From the NCBI RefSeq assembly GCF_040096205.1, contig NZ_JBBMFD010000014.1, forward strand, positions 4,579 to 68,578: a stretch of 64,000 nt of DNA, in the 5' to 3' direction. The translations under genes were made by a program, and so were the position numbers. This stretch comes from Solibaculum intestinale (GTDB lineage: Bacteria > Bacillota > Clostridia > Oscillospirales > Acutalibacteraceae). Shown here in pieces: positions 18,384-27,892 of the stretch; the stretch's first letter is position 1; the number at the start of each line of letters is the position of its first letter. The notes beneath the pieces are model-generated. The model made no database searches. It was not told the origin of the DNA and saw only the letters and a program-made list of their open reading frames with translations.

Positions 18384-19265
18384 TTAGTTGGAGGCGGGCC
18401 CCTGCCGCAGCGCTAGGCCGCCGGCGGATACCTTGCCTTCAATCTTATACTGGCCGCTTCCCAAAACGCCATTGATGTCCTTCTTGGCGGCATTGTTATA
18501 GGAATTAAGGTCAAAGTCGGAGGAGATGCTGCCGGCGCTGGCGTGCAGGTTGACCACGGCGGAGGCGTCAGAAGGAATGGTCACGTCCGCATTGCCCGCG
18601 CTAACCTCTACTTCGATGTCTCTTATCAGGCTGGTCACGTTGGCAATCAGCTTTCCGGCGTTTACGTCGCCGTCAAAACCGCCCACAATGCCGTTTACCT
18701 GCATGGTTCCGGCGTTGACCTTCAGGTCCAGCTCCAGGGCCTGCACCCCTTCGCAGGAAAGAGAACCGGCGTTGAGGGTCAGATTCACCTCGTCCAGACC
18801 CGACAGAGCCTCCACCCTGGCGCTGCCCGCGTTTACCTTGATGTCCAGATCCCGGGCGTAGGCTTTGGGCAGATATACCGTCAGCTTGCGCTCCCAGGCA
18901 CCGAAGTTGAACCATTGGAAGCGCTCGTCCACATAGACCGACAGGGTATCGCCGTCCCGCTCCACCATCAGCTCCGGCTTGCGTGAGGCTCCGCTCTGCT
19001 TGTATTCTGCGGAAAGCTGGGGGTCGTCGGTGAGAATCACATTGAGTTCGCCGGCATTGGAAGAAATCTCGACCTTTTCAATGCCCGCAAGCGCCGCGCT
19101 TTTGCGGTCCTGATAGTCCTCCACCGGCTTTCCCTCCGCCGTGATGTAGCGCCCCTTAAAAAAGTCAACGATTTCGTCCTTCGCCACCGCCGCGCAGATG
19201 CTTCCCGCTATCAGCGTCACGCCGAATACACACGATAGGGTGATGATTACCGATCGCATTTTCAT
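18384..19265 (-). CDS. DUF4097 (putative beta-helix 'adhesin', LiaG/YvlB-like) membrane-anchored protein
   Basis: N-terminal TM, repetitive V-N-A-G-S/T beta-solenoid repeats (NAGSARVEA, NAGSLSCEG, NAGTMQVNG, NAGKLIANV). RBS GGGAGGGA. Confidence 0.8.
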   Translation of the reverse strand: MKMRSVIITLSCVFGVTLIAGSICAAVAKDEIVDFFKGRYITAEGKPVEDYQDRKSAALAGIEKVEISSNAGELNVILTDDPQLSAEYKQSGASRKPELMVERDGDTLSVYVDERFQWFNFGAWERKLTVYLPKAYARDLDIKVNAGSARVEALSGLDEVNLTLNAGSLSCEGVQALELDLKVNAGTMQVNGIVGGFDGDVNAGKLIANVTSLIRDIEVEVSAGNADVTIPSDASAVVNLHASAGSISSDFDLNSYNNAAKKDINGVLGSGQYKIEGKVSAGGLALRQGPASN

Positions 19266-19937
19266 TTAGATTCCCTCCCTGCAAAGCTTTGCACAGAATT
19301 TGATGTAGATGGCGATAAAGCGAATGAAGTAATAGGAGACGTAGTACATTCCGATGCCCGCCAGACCCGACAGGGCGATGAGGCTGACTCCCAAGAGCGA
19401 AAAGATCAGCGGAAGCATACCCGAAAAACTCACGATTGCGCCCACCATCACAGCAAGCCCGCCGCCGAACAGGGAAATCGGTACGGCCCACAACGCGATC
19501 ACAGTGCAGGCCAGGGCGATGAGAATCCAGACGCCCAGGAAAAAGTTAAAGAGCACCACCAGCACAATGCCCAGAGCCTGGCTCCCTTGGGGCCTTTCCC
19601 GGGATGCAGGGGTGCCCTGCGCGGTCCCTGCCGGTGCGTAAGGCCGCAAAGATGGTTCCTGGGTTGCTTGTAATACAGGCTCGCCGCTGCCCGGATCCGG
19701 TTTTCCCGTTGCTTCGGCGTCAGGCCCGCTTCCTTTCCCGCCTGCCAGCTCCTCGATATAGGCCCTTGCAAGCTCGGATGGGTCCCCCAAGGCCTCCGCC
19801 ACCTCCTCTGGGGTCTTCCCGTTTTCCTGCCCGGCGCGGAAATGTTCAATGTAATCGCTGAGGATATCCTCCCGTTCGCTGCGGGAAAGGGGAGAAAGGG
19901 CCTCGTTGAGCGTCGTCAAAAATTGTTCCTTATTCAC
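19266..19937 (-). CDS. DUF1700-like membrane protein (YvlC/PspC-context)
   Basis: Soluble N-terminal helical domain followed by TM helices. Likely start is GTG 19937 after GGAGGTGAGG, which overlaps the padR stop (GTGAATAA). Confidence 0.7.
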   Translation of the reverse strand: MNKEQFLTTLNEALSPLSRSEREDILSDYIEHFRAGQENGKTPEEVAEALGDPSELARAYIEELAGGKGSGPDAEATGKPDPGSGEPVLQATQEPSLRPYAPAGTAQGTPASRERPQGSQALGIVLVVLFNFFLGVWILIALACTVIALWAVPISLFGGGLAVMVGAIVSFSGMLPLIFSLLGVSLIALSGLAGIGMYYVSYYFIRFIAIYIKFCAKLCREGI

Positions 19938-20253
19938 TTTCCTCACCTCCATGAATGATCGTGTCAACCTGGGCGGAAAACCGCCGCCATTCCTCCACGA
20001 GCAAGGATAAAAATTCCTTGCCCTTCGGTGTCAAGGTGTAATACTTCCGCGGCGCACCGCCCTGGGATTCGCGCAGATAAGAGGTCAGGTAGTCATCCTG
20101 CTGGAGCCTCCTGAGAACCGGGTAGACCGTTCCGTCGGAAATATCAATGCCTTTGGTCAGGGAAGCCGCAATTTCATACCCGTAGCGGTCACGGCTGTCA
20201 AGCAGCGCGAGCACGCATAGCTCCAGTACCCCCTTTTTAAACTGAATAGTCAT
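19930..20253 (-). CDS. PadR-family transcriptional regulator
   Basis: Winged-helix PadR signature (LELCVLALL…YGYEI…GTVYPVLRRLQ). RBS GAGGTGA. Confidence 0.9.
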   Translation of the reverse strand: MTIQFKKGVLELCVLALLDSRDRYGYEIAASLTKGIDISDGTVYPVLRRLQQDDYLTSYLRESQGGAPRKYYTLTPKGKEFLSLLVEEWRRFSAQVDTIIHGGEESE

Positions 20254-20307
20254 GGCGTCACCTCACAATATTAAATTTGGACAGGTATTATTTCATAAAT
20301 AATACTG

Positions 20308-20336
20308 AATATAAAACGAAATAGTACATTTGTCAA
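20308..20336 (-). promoter_or_regulatory. Promoter of the padR operon (TTGACA-17-TATATT)
   Basis: Near-consensus hexamers on the minus strand, about 50 nt upstream of padR. Confidence 0.55.
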
Positions 20337-20515
20337 TAGCCTCAGCGCTTTTTTTCTGCGAAATTTGCAATTCATGCGAATTTATGGTACACTCCCTTTG
20401 GAAATTTGTAAAATTGGGCTTGACAAGGGAAAAAGAACCGCCGTTTTAGGCGCCGGCAATCGCGCTGTCCCGGCAAAGCCCGCCATTTTAAGAGGAAAAT
20501 AGGAGTCATTGGCAG

Positions 20516-21361
20516 ATGGAGAACATCATCATTACAGGGGACAGCACCTGCGACCTGTCGCAGGAACTAAAGGAACGCTATCGGATTGAGACGGTGCCTC
20601 TTTACGTGAACTTCGGTGAGGAAAGCCGGCGGGACGGGGTGGACGTCCAGCCTGACGATATTTACGCCTATTATAATCAGAATGGGAAGCTTCCCACTAC
20701 CTCCGCCACTACCCCTGCCGATTATATGGAGTTTTTCTCCCGCAAAGCCAGGGAAGGGGACGCGGTGATTCATTTCAACATCAGTTCCGGCTTTTCCGCC
20801 GCTCATAACAACGCCTGTCTGGCTGCTAAGGAGTTTTCCAACGTCTATGTGGTGGACTCCAAGAACCTCTCCACCGGAACGGCTCTTTTGATGCTCCGCG
20901 CCTGTGACATGGCCAAGGAAGGGGTCCCGGCGGCGAAAATCGCCGAAGAAATGAAACGGCTGCGGGACAAGGTACGTGCCAGCTTTATTATCGACAAGCT
21001 TGAATACCTGTGGAAAGGCGGGCGCTGCTCCGGTATTACAGCGCTGGGCGCCAACCTGCTGCGCCTAAAGCCCTGCATCGAGGTGGAAGACGGCAATATG
21101 AAGGTGGGGAAGAAGTTCCGCGGCAAACTGGGAGACGTGCTGGAAGAGTATGTGGAAAACCGTCTGAAAGGAAGAGAGGATTTGGCCCTCGACCGCATTT
21201 TTATTACGCACGCCGGCATTGCCCAGGAGCACATCGACCGGGTCAGACGCAAGGTGGAGGAATTTGCAAGCTTCCATGAAATCCTGGTGACCCGAGCGGG
21301 GTGTACCATCAGCAATCACTGCGGCCCCAATACCCTGGGTGTTCTTTTTATCACAAAATAG
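20516..21361 (+). CDS. DegV-family fatty-acid-binding protein
   Basis: DegV/EDD fold motifs (IITDSTCDL, SSGFS). Confidence 0.9.
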   Translation: MENIIITGDSTCDLSQELKERYRIETVPLYVNFGEESRRDGVDVQPDDIYAYYNQNGKLPTTSATTPADYMEFFSRKAREGDAVIHFNISSGFSAAHNNACLAAKEFSNVYVVDSKNLSTGTALLMLRACDMAKEGVPAAKIAEEMKRLRDKVRASFIIDKLEYLWKGGRCSGITALGANLLRLKPCIEVEDGNMKVGKKFRGKLGDVLEEYVENRLKGREDLALDRIFITHAGIAQEHIDRVRRKVEEFASFHEILVTRAGCTISNHCGPNTLGVLFITK

Positions 21362-21686
21362 GGAAATTGAGGGGATAATAGGGAATTTATTTCAGAAATT
21401 TGCGCCGGATAGAGGAAAACTCAAATAATTTTTTTAGCAGTCGCAAAAAATGCTTCTGAAAAAAAACAGGAATTTTTACGTCTTTTCAAACGTTGCTTTT
21501 TTTGTAGAAATTAGTGGTGAATGTCTAATTTTTATAAGAAAATCAACGCCTCTCGCTCTGTCTGGATTTTTATGGATGTATCAGATTTGTGAACGCAACT
21601 GACGACATTGCCATAAAAAGGCCGGTTTTGCTGCGAAATAAATGGCGTTTTTAATAAACAAAATATTGCCTTTTCATCAAGTTCAC

Positions 21687-21713
21687 TTGACAGACTGACA
21701 AATCTGATATAAT
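21687..21713 (+). promoter_or_regulatory. Promoter with extended -10 (TTGACA-15-TGaTATAAT) for the yesM-like operon
   Basis: Read in the sequence, inside a long AT-rich intergenic region. The spacer is short (15 nt) but the extended -10 is perfect. Confidence 0.45.
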
Positions 21714-21784
21714 ATATAGTAAAAATTGATGGAAAACGACCACGGTTCCAATTTCGGGAGAGAGTAATTGGGAGAGTTGTGAAA

Positions 21785-23587
21785 ATGCTAAAAAGTGTCG
21801 GTGGTCTGTTCCGCGGACTTTCTCGTTTTTTTGTAAACTTGAAGATCCGGCACAAGTTCCAGTTGGTTTTCACAATTTTGTTGATCTTTATTTTTTCCGT
21901 TACTTTCTTGGCTGCGCAACTTTCGCTGGATTCTTACAATCAGGTGCTCTTTGAGCAATCGGCGCAGGTTCTCAATATGTCTGCGCTGAATGTGGAGTCG
22001 GTGGAGAAATCAGTGGATACCATTACCCATATCATGATTACCGACGACGCCATCTTCGAAGAGCTTACCGGCATCAACCACAGCGACATGACGGATGCAG
22101 ACCTTCGCTGGGAGATTCGCCGGTTGATGAAGCGGTTTTGGCGGTTTTCCTATTCGGATGCCTGCATCCGGTCCATGCAGTTTCTCTTTCCGGACGGGCA
22201 TGTAGGGAAAATCGGCCAGGACGCGGAAATGAGCGAGGAGTTCCAACAGGAGTTGACTGCTCTAGCCGAAGAGGCGGAAGGGGACATTGCGGTTTACGAT
22301 ACCATCCTGGATGGAACCACACTGGTTTTTGTCCGTCAATTTCGAAACCGGGCGCACCTTAAGCGCAGCGAAGGGATTCTCATTATTCGGTATGACCTGC
22401 AAATGTACCTGCGCAGAAACAACGTACCGTCGCAGCTGGACCCGAATATGAAATTCTATATGCTCACGCAGGACAGCGTCGTTTACCCCGGCGGAGCGGA
22501 GAACGAGGCCTTTTTGGATGACCTGAGGCAGCGCGATCTTCCGAGCCGCGAAGGATACACGTTTGAAACGGTCAATGGAAGCAAACAGTTCATTGCGTAT
22601 CAGTATTCAGAAGGCCGGCACTGGCTGTATGTGATTGCCATCGAATATAACCATATTTTCCAGAATATCATTGTATTGAGAAATACGTTGATCGTGGCTT
22701 TGGCGGTCCTTCTTCTGTTGGCCCTGTTTGTGACAAACCGGCTGATTGCCTCCATTACCCAGCCTCTTGACCGGCTGGTTGCCTATATGCAACAAAGCGA
22801 ACCTACCGGCACCCAGCCCCCGCGCAACCAGAAACTGGCGGAGCGCGGCGATGAAATCGGGTATCTCTACCGTAATTTTTCGCTTTTGGTTTCCCGCATC
22901 GACCGTTATGTGAGCGAGGACTACAAAAAGCGCCTTCTTTTGAAGGACTATCAGTACCGCTCGCTGCAAAGCCAAATCAATCCCCATTTTTTGTACAACA
23001 CCCTGGATTCGATCAATTGGTTAGCCAAGCGCTCCAGACAGAAGGACATCTCGACCATGGTGGAAGCCCTATCCCACTTGATGCGCTATTCCATCAGCAA
23101 AAACGACGCATCCACCATTACCCTTCGTCAGGAGATTGATATTGTAAAAGACTACATAGATATTCAGTCCATCCGGTTTGGAGAGGAACTTCAGTTTGAA
23201 CTGGATGTGGAGGATGACCTTTATCCCTATACTTTGCCCCGGCTGACCATTCAGCCGATTGTGGAGAACTGCATGAATTATGCGGTAGGGGCTACCGACC
23301 ACCCGTGTGTGGTGCGGCTGGAGGCGCACAGCGAAGGCAATTGCATCCGTTTGTGCGTGTCGGACAGCGGACCGGGTCTAAGCCCGGAGGATTTCGAAAA
23401 GATCGCATCCTTCAAAACATCGCCTCACGGCCTTGGAATCGGACTGAAAAACATCAATGAGAGAATAAAGCTGTGTTTCGGAGAAGAGTATGGAATGAGC
23501 TTCGAGAACAACCCAGGCGGAGGCTTGAAGGTGATTCTTACGATTCCGAAGGTGGTGAAAGAGGATGTACAAACTGCTCATAGTTGA
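21785..23587 (+). CDS. Two-component sensor histidine kinase, YesM/LytS-like (His_kinase PF06580 type)
   Basis: Two TM helices flanking a sensor domain, HAMP, a His-kinase region with NPHFLYNTL, and HATPase. Start at ATG 21785 (GGAGAG + 8 nt) rather than the track GTG. Confidence 0.85.
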   Translation: MLKSVGGLFRGLSRFFVNLKIRHKFQLVFTILLIFIFSVTFLAAQLSLDSYNQVLFEQSAQVLNMSALNVESVEKSVDTITHIMITDDAIFEELTGINHSDMTDADLRWEIRRLMKRFWRFSYSDACIRSMQFLFPDGHVGKIGQDAEMSEEFQQELTALAEEAEGDIAVYDTILDGTTLVFVRQFRNRAHLKRSEGILIIRYDLQMYLRRNNVPSQLDPNMKFYMLTQDSVVYPGGAENEAFLDDLRQRDLPSREGYTFETVNGSKQFIAYQYSEGRHWLYVIAIEYNHIFQNIIVLRNTLIVALAVLLLLALFVTNRLIASITQPLDRLVAYMQQSEPTGTQPPRNQKLAERGDEIGYLYRNFSLLVSRIDRYVSEDYKKRLLLKDYQYRSLQSQINPHFLYNTLDSINWLAKRSRQKDISTMVEALSHLMRYSISKNDASTITLRQEIDIVKDYIDIQSIRFGEELQFELDVEDDLYPYTLPRLTIQPIVENCMNYAVGATDHPCVVRLEAHSEGNCIRLCVSDSGPGLSPEDFEKIASFKTSPHGLGIGLKNINERIKLCFGEEYGMSFENNPGGGLKVILTIPKVVKEDVQTAHS

Positions 23588-24434
23588 TGATGAAAAGATT
23601 AGCCGTGAGGGATTAACGGAATGCATTGACTGGGAAAAGTACCAGGTTCGGGTAATCGGAGCAGCGCAAAACGGGAAGGAAGCCATGGCAATCATCACCG
23701 CGCAGCATCCCGATTTGGTTATTACCGATATAAAAATGCCGCTTATGGATGGAATAACCCTGATCGATCAGGCGCGTATGCTGTCGCCGGATACGATTTT
23801 TGTCGTCCTCTCCGGCCACGGGGAGTTCGAATATGCACAAAAGGCGATGCGCTGCGGCGTGAAGCACTACCTGCTCAAGCCGTGCAATGAAGAACAGATT
23901 GCGGAGATGCTGGTGGAGATCAAGGCCGAGCGCCTGCAAAAGCAGCGCCTGGATAACTTAATTAAAACGATCAATGAAAATATGGAAAAGATGCCGGATG
24001 CAGTGAGGGAATTATTTCCTCCTGACTTTGCCACCTGGGCGGACAAAGATCAGCTTGACTATCTGGAGACCCGGCATGGAAACATCGCCCAGATTATCAT
24101 CCGCTATGTGCAGACACATTATGCGGACCCAAATTTGTCACTCAAGCAGCTTGCGCATGAAGTAATATTTATGAACGATGGTTACCTTGGGAAGCTTTTC
24201 AAAAAGGAGGTGGGCGAAAAGTTTACACAGTATGTTCTCAAGGTACGCATGGAAAATGCGAAGTATCTGATTGAAAACAGCGATGGCGAAAGGCTTTATG
24301 AGGTGGCCACACAGGTTGGCTTGGGTGAGAACCCTCAGTATTTTAGTCAGGTGTTCAAGAAGTATGTGGGGTACACTCCCAGCGAGTATAAACGCACCCT
24401 GCAACAAAACCCACAAATAATTGAACAGAATTGA
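23565..24434 (+). CDS. Response regulator with AraC-type HTH output (YesN-like, shortened)
   Basis: REC domain (LLIVDDE…DLVITDIKMP) plus C-terminal AraC HTH. Only 289 aa. Confidence 0.85.
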   Translation: MYKLLIVDDEKISREGLTECIDWEKYQVRVIGAAQNGKEAMAIITAQHPDLVITDIKMPLMDGITLIDQARMLSPDTIFVVLSGHGEFEYAQKAMRCGVKHYLLKPCNEEQIAEMLVEIKAERLQKQRLDNLIKTINENMEKMPDAVRELFPPDFATWADKDQLDYLETRHGNIAQIIIRYVQTHYADPNLSLKQLAHEVIFMNDGYLGKLFKKEVGEKFTQYVLKVRMENAKYLIENSDGERLYEVATQVGLGENPQYFSQVFKKYVGYTPSEYKRTLQQNPQIIEQN

Positions 24435-24527
24435 CGGTTTTTTTTATTTCTTTTCGGCTCGACTTAGTTTATTATAGGTCTGTGACGAAACTTTCGTCCA
24501 CAAAATTCATAGGAGGTTTGTTGAACA

Positions 24528-25874
24528 ATGAAAAAGACATCTCTTGTTCTCTGCCTGCTGTTGGTCCTCATGACGGTTCTTTCCGCATGCGGCGGCGACA
24601 GCGGCACCAGCAGTACCGGAACCACTTCCGGCGCTACTTCCACGCAGGCGTCCAGCGAGGACACCACGAGACCGATTACCCTGGGTATTTCCTGGTGGGG
24701 CGGTTCTACCCGTCATGACTACACCAACAAGATTCTTGACCTGTACAAGTCCAAGAATACCAACGTCACCATCAACGCTGAGTATGTCAGCTGGGACGAC
24801 TATTGGAGCAGCATGAACACCAAGGCCGCTTCCAACACCCTGCCGAGCGTTATGCAGCAGGACTATGCGAAGATCGGTCAGTTCATTGACAACGGCACCA
24901 TCGTTGACATGACCGCGCAGGTTGAGAATAAGAACCTGGATCTCTCCGACATCAAGGGCGATGCCTTCTATGGCGGCAAGATCGACGGCAAGCTGTACGG
25001 CATTTCCACCGGTGTTAACGCGTTCTGCTACCTGTACGATGCGACTGCTCTGAAGGATGCCGGCGTTACCGCTCCTTCCGAGAAGTTCACTTGGGACGAA
25101 TTCGACACCATTTCTAAGGAAATGATGTCCAAGGCGAATCTGCCGACTGTTCCGCTGATTTCTACCGACCCGAAATTCTTCGTTGAGATGTATGTCCGCA
25201 ACCAGGGCAAGCATATGTACTCTGAAGATGGCAAGACCTTCGGTTTTGACAAGGCTCTCCTTCAGGAAGCCTTCCAGGTTCAGGAAGATCTCAGCAAGTC
25301 CGGCAACGCTCTGAGCCCTGACATTGTTTATGCGGCTAATCAGGATAACGACCTGCTGGCCCAGAAGAAGACTTGGGGCGAACCGCTGTGGAGCAACCAG
25401 GTTATCAACGTTATGAAGCTGGCCAACGACGAAACCCGTGACTTCCAGCTCACCATGATGCCCGGTACCGACAATGGCGGTATCTACCTGAAGCCCTCCA
25501 TGCTGTGGTCCATCACCAGAGACTGCCCGGAAGCCGATCGCAATGCGGCTGCCAGACTGATCTCCTTCATCCTTAACGACATCGAAGCCAATAAGCTCGC
25601 TGGCGCGGATCGTGGTGTTACCATCATGAAGAAGGTCAACGAAGCTCTTGTTGCAGAGGCTGACGCCAACAACAAGAAGGTTTACGATTACATCGACGTG
25701 GTCGGCAAGTATGCCACCGAGATCGATCCTCCGGAGCCTGTTGCTGGTTCTGAAATCACCAAGGAAATCAAGGATCAGTTCGACGCCATCGTGTACGGCA
25801 AGAAGACCGCTCAGCAGGCTGCTGACGATTGCTGGAACAACAGCGAGCAGATCTTTGCAAACAACGCTGGTTAA
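24528..25874 (+). CDS. Sugar ABC transporter substrate-binding lipoprotein (family 1 SBP, YesO-like)
   Basis: Lipobox LSAC followed by a Gly/Ser/Thr linker. SBP_bac_1-type sequence. Confidence 0.85.
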   Translation: MKKTSLVLCLLLVLMTVLSACGGDSGTSSTGTTSGATSTQASSEDTTRPITLGISWWGGSTRHDYTNKILDLYKSKNTNVTINAEYVSWDDYWSSMNTKAASNTLPSVMQQDYAKIGQFIDNGTIVDMTAQVENKNLDLSDIKGDAFYGGKIDGKLYGISTGVNAFCYLYDATALKDAGVTAPSEKFTWDEFDTISKEMMSKANLPTVPLISTDPKFFVEMYVRNQGKHMYSEDGKTFGFDKALLQEAFQVQEDLSKSGNALSPDIVYAANQDNDLLAQKKTWGEPLWSNQVINVMKLANDETRDFQLTMMPGTDNGGIYLKPSMLWSITRDCPEADRNAAARLISFILNDIEANKLAGADRGVTIMKKVNEALVAEADANNKKVYDYIDVVGKYATEIDPPEPVAGSEITKEIKDQFDAIVYGKKTAQQAADDCWNNSEQIFANNAG

Positions 25875-26032
25875 TCTCAGATCCATCGGTATTTTTGTAG
25901 ATTCCTATTCTGCAGCGAAGTAATAAACTGAGTCTTGTGACAGAAAGACGCAAAAAGTCAGCGCTTTTTGCGTCTTTCCTGCCGAATACTTGAAATTAGG
26001 TGTTGATTACAGGACTGGATAAGGAGTTGTCT

Positions 26033-26998
26033 GTGGTGAGAAATGCGAACGCTGCTGTAAAGCAGCCGAAGAACCAGCTCACACGTCGCAGCGGTTGGTC
26101 ATCGTTTATCAACAGCGAAAACGCGGCTGGTTATATTTTCCTTGCACCGTGGCTGATCGGATTCCTGGTATTCACCGCTTATCCGATCTTTGCATCCCTG
26201 TATTATTCCTTTACCAACCTCAATCCCTTGAAGGGCTTGGGGAAGGAAACGTTTGTCGGCTTCCAGAACTATATCAATATGTTTACGACCGACAGCGTTT
26301 ACTATACCGCATTGCGTGTTACGTTCGTGTATGCACTGGTATCCGTGCCGCTGCGTCTGATTTTTGCGTTGCTTGTTGCAATGCTCCTCAATCGGAAGTC
26401 CAAGGCCTCTGGTGTGTATCGTACGATTTATTATCTGCCCTCCATCGTCGGCGGCAGCGTTGCTGTTGCTGTTATGTGGAGATCCCTCTGGATTCAGGAA
26501 GGTACCATCAACGCGGTTCTTCAGTCTATTGGTATTCAATGTGATTGGGGCTGGCTAACACAGCCATCCACGGCACTGATGTGTCTGATTATTCTAGCGG
26601 TCTGGCAGTTCGGCTCTTCCATGCTGATCTTCCTAGCTGGACTGAAGAACATTCCTGCTGAGTATTACGAGGCAGCGACGGTGGACGGCGCGGGCCCATT
26701 CCGCAAGTTCTTTAGCATTACCATCCCGATGCTGACCCCGGTTATTTTCTTCAACCTTATCAATCAGTTAATTCTTGGCTTTACGGCCTTTACGCAAGCC
26801 TATATTACGACCCGCGGCGGCCCGATGAACGAAACGATGTTCTACGCGTTGCATCTCTACCGTCAGGGCTTTGAGTACAACAAGATGGGCTATGCTTCCG
26901 CTATGGCGTGGATTTTGCTGATTATCGTTGCCATCATGACGGCGATTATCTTTAAGTCCTCCAATTCTTGGGTTTACTATGAGTCGAAGGGGGAATAA
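26033..26998 (+). CDS. Sugar ABC transporter permease (MalF/YesP-like)
   Basis: Permease with an EAA-like loop. Start GTG 26033 after AAGGAG. Confidence 0.85.
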   Translation: MVRNANAAVKQPKNQLTRRSGWSSFINSENAAGYIFLAPWLIGFLVFTAYPIFASLYYSFTNLNPLKGLGKETFVGFQNYINMFTTDSVYYTALRVTFVYALVSVPLRLIFALLVAMLLNRKSKASGVYRTIYYLPSIVGGSVAVAVMWRSLWIQEGTINAVLQSIGIQCDWGWLTQPSTALMCLIILAVWQFGSSMLIFLAGLKNIPAEYYEAATVDGAGPFRKFFSITIPMLTPVIFFNLINQLILGFTAFTQAYITTRGGPMNETMFYALHLYRQGFEYNKMGYASAMAWILLIIVAIMTAIIFKSSNSWVYYESKGE

Positions 26999-27001
26999 GA
27001 T

Positions 27002-27856
27002 ATGAAAACAAGAAGACAAGTTGGAACCGTAATCTATCATATTTTCATGATCCTCTTCGCATTGCTGATGCTCTATCCGATCGTTTGGATGGTCATGAGT
27101 TCACTCAAACCCAGTATTGATGTTATGTCCAAGTCCTATGAACTGATTCCGAGTACTTGGGATTTCACCAACTACTACAAGGGCTGGGTTAACGGTATCA
27201 GTAACATCCCGTTTAGCACCTTTACCTGGAACTCTCTGTACATTTCTGTTCTGGCAACGCTTGGTACCATTATTTCGTCGTGCCTTGCCGCTTACGCGTT
27301 TGCGCGTTGTAAGTTTAAACTGCGCGGTTTCTGGTTTGCCTGCATGCTCATCTCCATGATGATGCCGATTCAGGTCGTTATGATCCCGCAGTACGTGATG
27401 TTCCAGCAGTTTGGTTGGGCTCAGAGTTCTTTGCCTCTGATCGTTCCGGCCTTCTTCGCCGCTTCCTACGGTCCGTTCTCCATCTTCCTGATGATGCAGT
27501 TTATGCAGGGAATTCCGAGAGATCTGGATGAAGCGGCCACTATCGACGGCTGCGGCAAGTATTCGATTTTCTTCCGCATTATTATGCCGTTGGTCAAGCC
27601 CGCTATTGCGTCGGCTGCGATCTTCGCTTTCTACTGGAAGTGGGACGACTTCATCGGCCCGTTGCTTTACCTCAACAAGCCGCAGAACTACACCATTTCC
27701 ATGGCCTTGCGCATGATGTCCGATAAGGACGCCATTACCGACTGGGGCGTTATGTTTGCAATGAGCACCGTGTCCCTGATCCCGACGCTGATTATTTTCT
27801 TCTGCTTCCAGAGATATCTGGTGGAAGGTATCAGCACCACCGGTCTGAAGGGCTAA
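27002..27856 (+). CDS. Sugar ABC transporter permease (MalG/YesQ-like)
   Basis: Six TM helices, EAA loop (DEAATIDGCG). Confidence 0.9.
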   Translation: MKTRRQVGTVIYHIFMILFALLMLYPIVWMVMSSLKPSIDVMSKSYELIPSTWDFTNYYKGWVNGISNIPFSTFTWNSLYISVLATLGTIISSCLAAYAFARCKFKLRGFWFACMLISMMMPIQVVMIPQYVMFQQFGWAQSSLPLIVPAFFAASYGPFSIFLMMQFMQGIPRDLDEAATIDGCGKYSIFFRIIMPLVKPAIASAAIFAFYWKWDDFIGPLLYLNKPQNYTISMALRMMSDKDAITDWGVMFAMSTVSLIPTLIIFFCFQRYLVEGISTTGLKG

Positions 27857-27892
27857 TCCATTGACCTTACTCTCACAATAAGGGGTTTCAAA

